The notes beneath the pieces were generated by a model. The model made no database searches and had not been told where the DNA came from. It saw only the letters and a program-made list of their open reading frames with translations. Made by a program: the position numbers and the translations under genes. This document shows positions 1-12,872 of a stretch of DNA of 64,000 nt, one piece after another. Each line of letters opens with the position of its first letter. The first letter of the stretch is position 1. Source of the stretch: Neoechinorhynchus agilis (taxonomy: Eukaryota; Animalia; Acanthocephala). The stretch spans positions 16,011,480 to 16,075,479 of the forward strand of contig CM121342.1 of NCBI GenBank assembly GCA_051530055.1, written 5' to 3'.

Positions 1-719
1 AGACCTGCATGGTATCCGGAACATACAAGACATAATCTCTGCATCCCTGGTGATAGATGTACGTTACATCGAAGCATTTCACGAATCGGTATAAGTAGAC
101 GAGAAATCCTCGAATATAGTCGCTTCGATAGCACAATTGTGCTGTAATCTTGAGAGGTTCACCACATCGGTCAACATTCACAGTAGAATTAATAAGACTT
201 TCCTTCAAAACGTCACATTCAGTACAATGGTTGCTGTACTGATTGTGTTCAATGTCAGATTGAACACCAATTGATGGTAATCCGGAAAAAAGATGCACGA
301 AAATGAAGAAGTGTATTCGAAATAGAAGAAACATTCTCGAGATAAAGTGTAGATTTCATTGCAACTAAAAAGTTTGGTTAGAAACTCCACTTCACCAAGT
401 TGAGTAATCGTTGAAGCTAGCAAAAAATCGCAGCCTTAAGTAAAACAGAAGCGAGAGCGTTTCGGATAAAGGCAACGATTGACGGCTTTAAAATGATGGC
501 ATTTTATTCCTCATTAGCGACTCTCCGATTAGCAATTGAACCAAAACGCGCAATTCATTACATCATAGTCAACTGAACAAATTGTACATTGATGATTCTG
601 ATCGAAAAAACTGAAAAGTAAGCAATTAGACGAACAAACTCAAATAGTCTCAGATGAATTTTGCGTGTAATCTTTACATTGTTTTCAGAAGAGTGTCATT
701 TTTATTAACACTCATTGGA

Positions 720-2580
720 GCTGTTGTCCGGGTACACAATTCCATTATGGAAAGTGGAAGCATTGATACATAAAGGAAACAGAATTAAACGTACTAACTT
801 GCCGCAAACGACTGATCTTAGCTCTGAATAACCTTAATCGAATTAAGGAGATACGTATCATGAAGTTGGACAAAGGCAGAGGATTCTATTTTGTAGTTGA
901 AGAACACTACCACAGAATGGCTGCGGATATCTTGTCGGGTCCAGAGTTCCGATCTAATAATGTATGCTCCACTACAAAACGAGAAAATATGTTCAACCGA
1001 TATCTACTTACACTAAAGAAGCATGGAAGGATTGATGAGCAAATATACCAAAAACAACTTTCCAGCAACGGATTTACACCTAACATGTACTTATTGGCCA
1101 AAGTTCATAAGTCTCCAATAAAGGCTAGGCCAATTATTGCATCGCATTCTGCATATAGTACGAAAACAACTCGGACATTGGCTACCATATTAAGAAACTT
1201 AATGCCTCCGGGTAAGCACACAGTATCATCAGGTGTGGAGTCCATAGGGAGATTGAAGGCGCACGCATGTGCAGAATATAGAATGATTTCTGCTGATGTC
1301 AAGTCTCTATTCACAAACGTTCCACTGGACTCAGCAATCAACCTTGCCATTCCCATACTTCAACGCAATATGGAAGGCTGGAACTTAGCTGAATCCGAAT
1401 GGAAGTAACTCTTACACATGTGCATGAGAAATACGAATTTTAACTTCGAAGGCAAGAGCTATGACCAAGCAGATGGACTGTCCATCCCCAGTTAGGCTAA
1501 GAACGTTTCAAGCCTACCGGGTGTGAAATTCTGGCAAAGATACGTAGATGATACGTTTATCTTAATCGACAAGTCCACAGAACCGGAAAAGTATGCTCAC
1601 GTGCTGAATTCCAAGCACAGCAACATCCAATGGCCACCGTGGACTCGGAGAATCATAATGCGATCCTTTTTTGGAAGTGTTGAGAACGCGAAAAGGAGTA
1701 GAATTTGAGACCACTGTCTATGCCGAAAGATTGGTATACCATCTGGCATTGTCCCTCATTCATTACAATGGCATCAATTAAACATAAAATAGCTAGGATT
1801 AAGTCGCTATTTTGCCGGGCCTATAACTATTGCTCAAACCAAAACTTAGCGAGGAACTTGAATTTCTGTAGAGCATGCTAAAAGGAAAGGGCTATCCAAT
1901 CGACTTGATAAGAAGAGCGGTAGCTGCAGGGCCTTCTATGCAAAGAAAACTATGTGCCAAAAGTCAAAACAAAAAGCACTTATAGGTGCACCATTTCGTC
2001 GACGAGGAGTTCACTACAATTAGCAGTCTGATCAAAGGAGGCGCACATAAAGAAATGGAGTATTGTATTTACACCAAGAGAAGTAAACTAATTAAGTTCC
2101 ATGGCGAAGAAACGTGAAGAACATCAAGGCAAAGGAGTGATGTACAAAATTCCTTGCACCGAATGTGAAAAGTCATATGTGGGCCAAACCAACAATCTAC
2201 AAAGAAGAATTAAAGAACATAAGTATGCGCTCTTAGGGGAGGCACCGATGCCAGTTCCGCAATACTCAACCATTTCTCACAACAAGGCCACGTCATGGAC
2301 ATCGACAACGCCACCATTTTTTCACGCAGTGAAACAAAATGGGATCGTGTAATTTTGGAGACCATACTCATCCTCCTGGTGAAAACGGTTGAATGAAATA
2401 AGGCGGATTTGGGCTCAATATTAGGACAGTGAATATTGATCCATTTCCCGCGTAATTTTTAGACCTTGATAAAGGCACAAGATTGTGCCGAAGTATAGGA
2501 TTTTAAAAATAAAATCATTTTAATTTCTACGCCAGAAAACAACCTATATGAATAATTTAATCTTCAAACGCTACGGGTAA
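720..2580 (+). mobile_element. Penelope-like retroelement (RT plus GIY-YIG), frameshifted
   Basis: ORF pieces contain the PLE RT motifs ARPIIA, ISADVKSLFTNVP and WQRYVDDTF, and the GIY-YIG segment GVMYKIPCTECEKSYVGQTNNLQRRIKEH. A hammerhead-like pLTR follows. Boundaries are approximate. Confidence 0.9.
2464..2499 (+). ncRNA. Degenerate minimal hammerhead ribozyme (U3-A8 core family) in PLE 3' end
   Basis: CC-TTGATAA-A-GGCAC-aagatt-GTGCC-GAAG-TATA-GG. It belongs to the same family as the intact copy at 16469 but has GAAA changed to GAAG and AUC changed to AUA. Confidence 0.6.
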
Positions 2581-4029
2581 GCCTCAGACGGTGGCGTACT
2601 CCTCATAGAAATCAAATGCAATTTCTGCGAGCAACCGCGGGAGTCGTAGAACAACTTTTTTAGTGTTCTATGAATGTTCCTTAAACCTTTCCCTTTTATT
2701 AGAATGAAAAACGCTTACTGGAGATGCTTCCAAGCAGGACCTGCTTTCCTAGTGGTCTCGCTCCGCATCACTAGCCAACAATCTTCTTTTGGTTTTCCCG
2801 AAGTTTATTAATTTCAAAAGTCAAATAGGCTATCTTATTGGAAAATTGGATCAAAAGATTGATTTCGATCATCTTCTAAGCCTTAATTGTGTAAAAAGTA
2901 ATATTACCAAATAACAGCATAAAGGAGGATTTCATCTCCCATGAAGGCATCCAGTGGAGAATTCGCAGTCCTTGCACTCCATTTAGAGGATCAATCAACT
3001 CATCCTTAAGCTTGATATTTCACAAGGGTTTGACACCATTAGTCGTTTACATTAAAAATCCAAAAGAACCTCATGAACAAGATCTCATGCTTGACGAAGT
3101 CGAAATCCTTATTCTTTGATTTCGGTATAGGTGAAACCTGCTTCTCCAATATATATGATGTCCCACCAGGCTTGAAGCATGTGCCTAAACCCTTAGATTT
3201 CTCATAGGTCATTCGTCAGTTTCATAAAAGCAAAGTAGCCAGGATGCAACTTTTTATACAGATGATTTTTTATGTTTCTTCCACAAAAAGCTGACACTTC
3301 TGAAAATTATTTCGCGTTAAATCTCCCCGAGACTATTCTTCTAACGATAAACAATGACCCGATTTTGGGTAAGTTGAACTTTCTTAAATCCTCACGAATT
3401 ACGTGCTAGGCTTCCCTGCCTCTAGAACTTTCGACCGATGATAAACTCCTCTCAAAGTTCATTTTCATATCGTTCCTCAAGAGGCTAATAGGGCTTCACA
3501 TTCATTAAAAAATCTTTGGCTTCGCAAACGGTCGTTCATTACTCAGTTTCCTTTATCTAAAGATACCCTTTTCCGTCAACGGATGGACGCCAGCAACTTT
3601 AAAGAAAATGTACTGCCGTGCGTCCATTTTTCATCTATGGAAAATGAGAGGTCGTTATTAACAATAACGGACAACTACTTTCTTCAACAATTTGGAATAT
3701 CATTACAATGCTGAGAAGAGAAGACGTCAAGAAACTTTTCTAGGCCGAGCGGACAGCTTCTAGGGATTTGATATAATCCTGATCTGTCCGATCAAAGGAC
3801 TAAGAAGCTTACATCTTCCACTGTATCCATAGATTCTTGAGTGTGTGTTGAGTGTAAGATATTTGCTCGCAATAAATTAGTGTAGAATTAGTAGCTACTT
3901 TTTGTCTCAAAAATAAAACATTGCAACGTTTAAAGGAATTTAACATGAGGAATTTCAAGTTGGAAATGATGTGATTCTCGTGAATTTTTTTTGTAAAACT
4001 ATTTTTATAAAATAATACTTATTTGTTAA

Positions 4030-4345
4030 AGTACAAAACGTGCAAAGAGCGGAGTTAGAGATTTGTGCGAGGAACTGAAGGATGGAAAATGTTGGGGCGA
4101 CGAGTGTTGTAAGTGTGAGTAAAAGAGAAATGTGTCTTAGAAATTGAGGAGGAAGAAAATGAAGGCGCTTTGAATGCTTTTGAAAGAATTGAGAGAGGTG
4201 TTTTTCTAAGGGCAGGAGTTCGGAGGAGCAGATTAGAGTGCACCTCTTGTGAAATGTATTAAGTTTTTTGAAACGGCAAGAAGAAAAATTGCGGAAGGTT
4301 GGATATGCGCGTATGTGAGCGTTGGTAGGATGGTGTTGTTATAGA
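4030..4345 (-). mobile_element. 3' fragment of L2/CR1-like non-LTR retrotransposon (family B)
   Basis: Near-identical reverse complement of about 40820-41100, which continues the end of an RT (LNLTKC...VGFHFQ..LKLDKH). Confidence 0.75.
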
Positions 4346-4544
4346 AGTACTTTAGGTCCTTGGATGATAACACAAAATGCAGTGAAAACATTGCTATCGA
4401 AGGTGCCTATTATGTAAAGTAAATTTTAGGATACCGGTTGATATGGTAAACTATTCTGGAATCCAGAAAAAAGATTTGGCCCATTAAAATGGGGTAGCCG
4501 TCATTGATATAAACGTAAATATTTCTTTTTCTGAAGACATCATT

Positions 4545-5256
4545 TTAATCCAATCTCGCTTTAAGTTGACGATGGGTGACTTTGTCTTTTTCACTAAAAA
4601 TGAATAGTCGTTTAAAAAGGTGAATTTTAAAACTTACATGATGTACACATCGGCGCCCCAACCAGATAATGCGTCTCTATCAAATCCATTTAGAATTGTC
4701 TGGGATATAGCTTCAAAAAGTTCGTCTGGATTCATTAGCGGTTTCCAAAACTGTTCAGCTAGGCCAACGCATTGCTCTTCAGCCGTACCGCCACCTATTG
4801 CAAAGTCCGGTTTTTCGTCAAGGCAGCCAATAATATCCATCTGGTAGACATGGGGCTCGTCACCATTTAGACCGGCAACTACCGGATTAACAAAGTAAGG
4901 ACCAAACCGATGTTCATATAGAAAATTAGATAGCATTCTAGCAACCACCGATGGCTTCACAGGACGATGCTCGTTCAGTTCGTAAAGTCCAGTACGAAAT
5001 TTAAGTCTTTCATGAACTGTGTTTATGTCTGTTGATAGACCGCACATTCCAATGAAAAGTTTTGGGCCAAACTCGAAGATCTTTGGACAGTCCGTGGTCA
5101 CTGTTGCAAATCGCATTCCATACCGTTTATCACAAGCAATCCCAACACATTCCTTGCCTTTCATAGCCAAACATATTCCTCCGTTGTACTCAAATACCTA
5201 AATCGAATGAAATTTTGACTAAACTTCAATGAAACTGCAATACTCACACCGCTCAT
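4545..5256 (-). CDS. PSMB3: Proteasome subunit beta type-3
   Basis: MSG|VFEYNGGICLAMKGKECVGIACDKR...RFGPYFVNPVVAGL...DALSGWGADVYI|IEKDKVTHRQLKARLD*. GT-AG introns at 5198-5247 and 4594-4637. Confidence 0.96.
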
Positions 5257-6519
5257 TCCTCAATTTTTGCCGAATGATACGAGAGTCTGACGAGAGTACT
5301 TGCACTTTATGCAAGTTTCTTTCGTTACGCACTGATTTCCGCTTTTCATCGTTGCCCAAAGCAATCTTGAGATTTTGCCATAGTACGTTTAAAAGAATTG
5401 GTTTACAGATAGAAAGGATTTGGAAAACATAGTGGGTGTAAGTTAATGAGCGCATAAAATACCGAAAAGTACAAAAGACGAAAAATTCGACCTTTTTGCT
5501 GACAAAAATATTAAGTTTCGATCAATGAAGTTTTTAACCATTTTTGATTGACTTTTTAGGACTGGGTCGTCTCAGGAAATAAATGCCTTTTAATTACAGG
5601 CAGAACATTTAAGAGACGCTCTCTCGAAACTAGTTCAGTGAAGCATTGATCGCCATTTGAAAGGTAGACCATATAAAGTTTCTATCATTTCTCATAGATG
5701 TCCTTAAAATATAAGATCTCTCAGGACATTTCTTTTTTTCATATCACTTCTTTATAACAACTAGTTTGCTTGTAACATTTGAATCGAGCGATATGCAACC
5801 TTTCAGAAAATTCGGAACTATTCATAGGAGACCATCGAATGTCAATCACAAATGACCTTTGCATTCTGTTTCACCAAAGTGATCACCTTTTATCGATCTT
5901 AGAGGTTTTAATATAAATGACTGGATTTTTAGTCAAACAATTCTTACCACAATGCTCTCTGGCAGTAAAGTCACAGTAAGTGAATTGAATTTTTGTTCAA
6001 CTGCTGAATCTTAGGTGATTTTCATAATTGTCTTGATTGATCTCACTTGTGGTCTTTATTATCGGAGACGGGAAAGTGATTGGCATCAAAATGATTTAAA
6101 TGAAGCGCAAATGAATTTCGATCCGATGAAAAGACTATATAAGCGGTCCCCTCGTTGTGTTCGTTTTTATCGATGTCTCTCCAACGGATTGTATCAGTAT
6201 GTGCCAGTGTTCAAGAAGGCGTTCAGTGCTTGGGCTGGATGAGATTAAATGTTAACAATAGATTACCCAATCGCGAAGTCTATATTTCCGTGGGTCAATA
6301 AAAGGTGATTTATTTGCAAATTGTTCGTTTTGGTGTGTAGATGTAGTAAAAAATGGAAATGGTCAGATTTTATGACACAGGGCTGCTCGTGTAGTCCGCG
6401 AAGATCCATTACTAGTTCACAATTTGGCATTTTTCTGTGTAATTTTTGAAGTCTATTTTCATAAAAACCTAAATACAGACTATCAGTGAAAGAACCATTT
6501 TTAATAGCACTCGCACAAT

Positions 6520-7855
6520 TCAGGTCTTTGGCTCTTTCACGAAGGCGTACATGTACACTTCATTAAGGAGATTAAAGTATTTTACAAGCTCTTTTTTAGA
6601 ATCCGTTCCATATATACATCCGATCATATCATAAAAGATTTCCAGATCACCGATTATTGAGTTCGGATCAATTGCAAAAAAGATTCCTAATAATATAATG
6701 GCCTTTTCGTGCTTTGTAAGTGGCTTTGTTCTCTGGCTCTCGTACATCACCATTTTTCGTTCAATATATTCACATCGATCCCATATGAGACGTATGAATT
6801 CCGCCTTGATGCCCTGATCCACGCTTATTGACACTTTATTAAATACTGTTGTGAGAAATCTTCGATTGTTCGTAGCAATCAAGTATTTAGTTTGTTCGTT
6901 AAGTTCAAGCTCAAATATCAAACCGCTGCAGCTTAGCGCTTGGTTTATCACTTCCATGTAATCGATGGAATCAGCCTTTGGTGGGGTAGCGCTCGTTTCT
7001 TGGGATATTTTACGGGAAGGCTTACCAAAAACGCAGTTGTCACGGGACATTCCTAAATACTTATATCGATTGAATAGATTAGAAATAAAGCCGCAAAACC
7101 GTAGTTATTGTGTAACCTTACGATTTCTCTTTCCCCATAGACCACTATAATCGTCTCTAATTTATTTATTGATTTTCTATTTTTTTTATTTGTATTTATA
7201 TTAGGCTTCATTCATTTTTTTTCGGCATTACGCAACTCGATAAAGATAAATCTTTTTTCGAGACATTCTGTCTATAAGATGCATAGTAAAGACGTTTTCC
7301 GCACTTATTCCGTTGCTTTTTTGAGTATTCGTTAAACCTTAACGCTTGCTTGAGCAATGAGTATATTAACGATGAAAACTTATAATTCGGTTTATTTTTC
7401 TGTGCCAAGAATAATGAAAGCCTAAGAACCTATTGGGAACGAGGAAGATAAAGTGAGATTTTCTGCTTAGACCGAAGAGATCGACATCTTTGGACTATGG
7501 GAATTGAGCTAATCGATTGTTAGTTAACGACTTTAGTTTTCATAATTGAGAGTTCTTCGGAAAACCGAACTTCGGCATGGGGAATGAATTCCAAATCCGC
7601 TACATCTCCGGACGTCTTACCTAATCTAAGGCACTTGTCGAATCGACATGGAGCGCATTCTTTTCGATTGTATCTATTGATCACGTGTCTGACAGCGCAA
7701 GGCTGACTTATTAATCGGGACAATATTGTCTGCCGGGCCGTCCTGCGATAGAAGGCCTTGCAGGCCTCGCAGGTGTGTACTCCAAAATGCCTACCAGTGC
7801 TCCGATCACCGCAGACCTTGCACAGAACACTCGTAGTACTAGGCTCGGACTCCAT
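6520..7855 (-). CDS. Nuclear hormone receptor (NR1-like DBD, divergent short LBD region)
   Basis: Exon 1 encodes CKVCGDRSTGRHFGVHTCEACKAFYRR...CRFDKCLRLG. A GT-AG intron at 7053-7620 joins it to G|MSRDNCVFGKPSRK (resembles GMSRDAVKFGRMSKK of the ROR/HR3 type), followed by about 160 aa of helical sequence. Confidence 0.88.
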
Positions 7856-8744
7856 AGTTCTTGGTAAAGCCAAATCCTCCTTCCGTTTAATGTATCTAAT
7901 ATATGTGTATGTATTTAGGAGTTGTCGCCTAAATGTTGACTACTTTGATGGCTGGTACGCTATCAATTGACTCGTTTATAAGACAAAGTATTTTCGACGG
8001 AAATGCGCCGTCTTCTAGATATGCAGAACACAAAAAGGTGAACAAATGTTCCTATTGTGTCTATCTAGCTCATACAACTAAAGAAGACGAAAAAAACGAG
8101 ACTTATCTTCCCATATAAGACAAAGAGAGTAAGAAGGTTAGTCAGATTTTGTGGTAGTGATGGTGGCGGCGGGGTACACCTCATGTCCTACTATGTGGCT
8201 CGAACCCATTTCTTGATACAGAGTCGGCTTAGTGTTCAATTAATCAAATCTGACAAGAGAGGAAGGCACCATAAAATGATTGCATCTCGAGAAACAAGGA
8301 TTTTTAGTGGTGGCGCCGGATTGGAACGCAAGACGACATTTTTTGAAAATCCACTTATAACGAGCAAAGTGGGTGTATACTCTGGCACTGTAAGGAAACT
8401 ATATTTGAATCATCTGGACTGACTGAATATCCTGTTAATTTGCGACGATTTCTTTGAGACGCAGAAAGTCGATTCAGAAAACACAAAATATGTTCGCATT
8501 CATTACACTCAAAGAAGATTGACGGGCACGATTATGTGATCAAACGTAGTTGTCTATTTAACGCTTTTTGTACAAAAATACATTTTGGCTAGATCATTTA
8601 TCACTAAGCTTTGCTGAATGATTAGTGATTTATTACATGATAAAAAATTAGAAGTCAAAGAATTAAGAAATGTCTTTTGCATTTATTCGAGTTCAAGTTT
8701 TACTTTCTAAAATGAACACTTAGCCCGTTGTAGTGATAAAGAAA

Positions 8745-9420
8745 AATCTTTATTTCCGAGCTTTTACCGTCTTATAGCTTCTTCAGGAATCTACAAAGGA
8801 ACGTGGAGTTGTGAAGTGTGCTTTAAAGTGGAGACATCGAAAAGGAAAGTTCGTTCTGCTTTTTGAGCAGTTATGGGTTTTCTCGAGTTGTTGTCCAGAA
8901 CTCTCTTCCTCACATTATCTGCGGAAACGCCATCCCCTTCCAAAAGTTCGGGATATAAATTGTGCCCACTGGATCCTTAAGTACAAACCTAACCCGCGTC
9001 GAGAGTTTTACTTCTTCGTCGCTATGGCACTCTGAATGGCGTTTTTCCCAACATGTGGCCCTCAAACGTTGACGCAGTTCAGTTTTGCCTATCTATAGAT
9101 TATCTCGCAATTGTCATCGGCCAAACATCGTTCGCAGGTCATTTCGTAAACCACGTTGCTTCGGGTGCAATTTCACGTGTAAGCGATGTCCTAATCGTCC
9201 GAACAAATAATCGAATGGGTGAAGTTGCTCTTCCGAGATCCGAAAAGCCGAGTAAAAAATGTGGCCGGAATATCAATGCCATTTCCGATAAGTGTAGGAG
9301 TCCAACCGTAAAGCATTCTCTTCTCCTTACGGTCCATCTTAGTGATGGATAAAGTAGCCGAAAATATCTAGCGTTTGAGACCTTTCACGATGATGTATAC
9401 CAATGACATCCTCATAAGAC
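8745..9420 (-). mobile_element. Penelope-like fragment (GIY-YIG remnant plus hammerhead-like 3' end)
   Basis: The minus strand reads NVVYEMTCERC...SAIA and ends in TTCCTGAAGAAGCTATAAGACGGTAAAAGCTCGGAAATAAAG (8755-8789), shared with 49592-49626. Confidence 0.65.
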
Positions 9421-9439
9421 AAAACAGACCTTAAAAGAC

Positions 9440-9700
9440 TGGTCCAAGTATGGAGCACCTCAAAAACACGATTAGTTCGCCCCTTTCCTCATTGTGGAGC
9501 TGAATACTGGTCAATCATCAAGCATGATGAGCAACGCCTTCCCCCGCTGCACAGCCAGGCCTATGTTTGACAGAAGGAATGCTTCTGCCCTCTGGTAGTC
9601 AGTGATTCGCCCCAGTCTCGCCTACAATTGTTTGAGAAGGTTCTGCTCCGCGGTACCAAAGACCAGAGCGTCTAGACGCCAAAGGAAACAAAATAATGAT
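9440..9700 (-). mobile_element. CRE-like (REL endonuclease) non-LTR 3' fragment
   Basis: The minus strand encodes RAEAFLLSNIGLAVQRG, matching the AFxxQNISLAVQRGNAASV terminus of the other copies. Confidence 0.7.
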
Positions 9701-10061
9701 TCCGGCAAAAGTCCCTGTATAAGTACTTTTTGCGATCCTGAGCAGCGGTTGCCAAAATTTTTTATTACCTTAACAATATATTCACTGTTACATGACATTA
9801 CTTGGACTATGAGGCCAAAAATCGTGTTGTATGAAAGTTAAAGTTCAGGTTGATACGTGAAGTACACGATTAGCCCTTTTAACGAAGGGGTATATCTGTA
9901 CTTTCATCAAATATCAATGTGTAGAAATCATCATTAAATTTTAGTATCTCCCTTCTTTTCCGGCTTATTTTTTAGGCATAAAGCCAAACCAATTGCATCA
10001 GAGAAGTGATATAACCACAGTCTCTAATGCACGGTTAACAATTTGTACATCCCTCCGGATT

Positions 10062-10126
10062 CTCAGATACCTCCAGGAGGCGGGACTCATCAGTGAGTTT
10101 CCTCCCTTCAGCGGTATTTCGTCCCC
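10062..10126 (-). ncRNA. Hammerhead ribozyme, non-circularly permuted (copy A)
   Basis: GGGAC-GAAA-UACC...CUCA-CUGAUGA-GUCCC...GGUAUC^UGAG. All core nucleotides and stems I, II and III are present. Homology to copy B extends over about 10032-10155. Confidence 0.8.
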
Positions 10127-10379
10127 TTTGGTTGTGCGTCATTGGCGGTAACGGAATAAGCAGGACAAGAAGGGACAAACTAAAATTTAATGATGATGAA
10201 AACAAAACCGACTTGCCAGTAAAACTTAAAATAGAATACCGCGCTCGAGATAGGAGTGTGATTTTGTGATGAGGGCGAGATTGTCGGCATATAAAAAAGT
10301 TGAGCTCAGAGTTTTGCAAAGAATGCGGATATTGATTATTGAGTACATTACTGTTTTGGTCGTTTGAGAATATCCGTTT

Positions 10380-10765
10380 GGCTTGGAAGGCCCGTTCTTG
10401 TGGGAATTGGCGGTTATTGTTTGTAGGAGTGCTCGTAAGGTTCGTCTTTCCTCAGGTTCATTTCAAGTTATGATACCCGAAAGGATTGAGCAGCATGGAA
10501 AAAGGAGCGTAGATATAGGGAGGTGCGAGGTTAGGGGGTGAAAAGGGGGCGATATATGCAAAAAATTGTGGTGGAAGGGTTGATAGGCGTTTTGCTTGTT
10601 TTATGAAAATAGCATCAAGGCATTCGGTGAGAGGAGGAAAGTAAGCTGTGCAAATTTTTAGATGCTCTATTATGAAACATTTCAAGACGACGGATCTGAG
10701 ATTTGGATAGGTAATTTTAGAAGATAAGAAATTAGAAGTCACAGAATGAAGAAACGTATTTTGCA
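10380..10765 (-). mobile_element. L2/CR1-like non-LTR 3' fragment (family A)
   Basis: Shares FPPLTEC...RLSTLPPQF...YHNLK with 20600-21065 and 62265-62690. Confidence 0.7.
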
Positions 10766-11004
10766 TTCATTCGAGTTTTAAGCACCTCCAAAAGATCAAA
10801 GGTGGAGCTCAAAAAGCATTGAGCTCAGGACCAAGTTTCAAACGTTTAGAACGAATTGGCGTTTAGATCTTCCAATCGGGGGGATTTTCTTGCAGAGGAT
10901 TTCTAAAGGTTTGCTCAGCAATAGTATGAGACGTCGACTGATTCTTACGTTAGTCTAGTAATCCGAGTTCGTTTCTATTCTGACTTCATCTTCTCGTCTG
11001 TCTG

Positions 11005-11530
11005 CAATCATGGGAAAGGTACACTCGCGATACGCTGAAGTGAACGCAATTCATAGTCGTGCCCTGAATTCTGTGAATGTGTCCAACATCCTAAAGCCAA
11101 ATAATTCTTTGAAGAATTAATGGCCATAGACCGGACGACGTCACAGTATTCCCGTGCCGAGCAATTAGCAGCCATCAACATAAAATTCGACGTTGTTGAA
11201 CCTCTGGGTGCAGGAACCGCCGGTGCGGATCGCAAAAATACGCAATACCAGGACCTGGGTTGAAATCACTATTTCGTTCCCTTTGGCGTCGAAGTACTCG
11301 GGTAGTATGGTACTACGGCGCAGAACCTGGTCAATCAATTGCCGAAAAGACTGAGACTAATCACTGAGGATCCGAGGGCAGTAGCATTCATTCTACAAAA
11401 CATAAGTCTGGCTGTGCAACGGGAGGGAACGCTGCATCCGTCCTTTCGACCGTTACACCAGGACGCCAGCTTAGTGATCCAGAACAATGCCGTAGTCCAG
11501 TTAAAAAATCGATAATCGAAAAAATTCAAG
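11005..11530 (+). mobile_element. CRE-like non-LTR 3' fragment
   Basis: Degenerate AEVNAIHSRALNSVNV...HYFVPFGVE...AFILQNISLAVQR, homologous to 19085-19636 and 51650-51880. Confidence 0.75.
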
Positions 11531-11656
11531 GGAACAAAGCAACATAATTCGGTCAGACTTCATGAAATCATTTATACAAGCGCTTTAATTGCGAAAGACA
11601 ATATTTTTATTTTAAAGATTCTCATTTTTTCTTTTGTTATAACTCGAAAGCACGAA

Positions 11657-12872
11657 ATGGTTAAGATTGAAGCTGCTCAATTAGCTCTTTTGAAGTCGTT
11701 TGTTGAGCTGTGTAAGGAGCACAGTGAAGTTTTGCATCAACCGGAGTTGAGCTTTTTCGCAGATTGGATCAAATCGTTTGGCGGTGTTATTCCGCAACAA
11801 GCTCCCAGGTCCGAATCAAAATCGGAATCTTCCCCTCCCGAGATGGAGGAAATTGAGGAAGTGGAGGAATCTTCGCCCTTGGAGTTAGAGGATATCGGAG
11901 GAGTAATTAAACCTGACACCATCGATGATTCCTTGCCGATGGGTGATTTGGAAAAAGAAGTATCCGAAGAGATTGAAGACCAATCTGCCGAATTAAGATC
12001 AAAGGCTCAATCGGCGGGTACACCGGAGGAATCCGTTAAGCTGCTCTCGGAGGCTATCGTTCTTAACCCTCATTCGGCTGTTCTTTTCGCGAAACGAGCT
12101 CAATTTTTGGTTCAATTAAAGCGACCTTTGGCTGCTATACGTGATTGTTCTCGCGCTCTTGAGTTGAACGAGAATTCGGCTGCTGCTTTAAAGTGGCGTG
12201 GCCGATCGCATCGTCTTCTTGGTCAATGGGCTGAAGCCTATGCGGATTTCTGCAAGGCTCAGCGAATTGATTTCGATGACCAAGTAGCTGAGTGGGCGAA
12301 TGAGGTAAAACATAAAGAGTTGGTCTACGGGTGAAGAATTTTTGCATTGCCTTTTCTTAATGAATTAGTTTGTGGCAGATCTTTATTCGTGTAAGATTTA
12401 CTTTAAATCTAAATTTTTTCATTGAAATCTCTTTTTCACCTTGGACCAACCGCGTAACGCTCTGAAGCTGGCTGAATACGCCCGAAATGAAGAAAGGAAG
12501 GCCGAGGAAAGACGTGAAAAGGAAAGAATTGAACGGGTCAAACAAGCACAGGAGGCTCAAAGAAAAGCTCGTGAAGCAGCAGAGAAGGAAGCGAATGTGA
12601 ATGACTTTGCGGACATATTCCAAGATCCCGAAGTGATGGCTGCAATGATCGATATTTCGAAGGATCCGTCAAAGATTAAATCATATGCAAAAAATCCGAA
12701 AATTATGAAACTTATCAGTGAGATGAATTCCAAGTACGGAACGGCTTTTCAGGGATTTTCTGGTGCAGCCCCTGGGAATGATGACAAACCGGATTCTTGG
12801 AATGACGGTGAGGACACGCCACCTTCTACACCTTCATCGAAGCCGCCGCAGTCGGCCGATGATTTGGACTGA
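11657..12872 (+). CDS. ST13: Hsc70-interacting protein Hip (dimerisation domain, TPRs, coiled coil, STI1 domain)
   Basis: LKSFVELCKEHSEVLHQPELSFFADWIKSFGGVIP, TPRs (AIVLNPHSAVLFAKRA, KWRGRSHRLLGQW), and FQDPEVMAAMIDISKDP. Interrupted by a roughly 142 nt atypical insert at about 12314-12455. Confidence 0.95.

Noticed and set aside
2700-3650. Possible decayed Gypsy integrase fragment (HPG-like motif on the minus strand)
   Set aside because: It has too many stops and frameshifts to support a call by eye.
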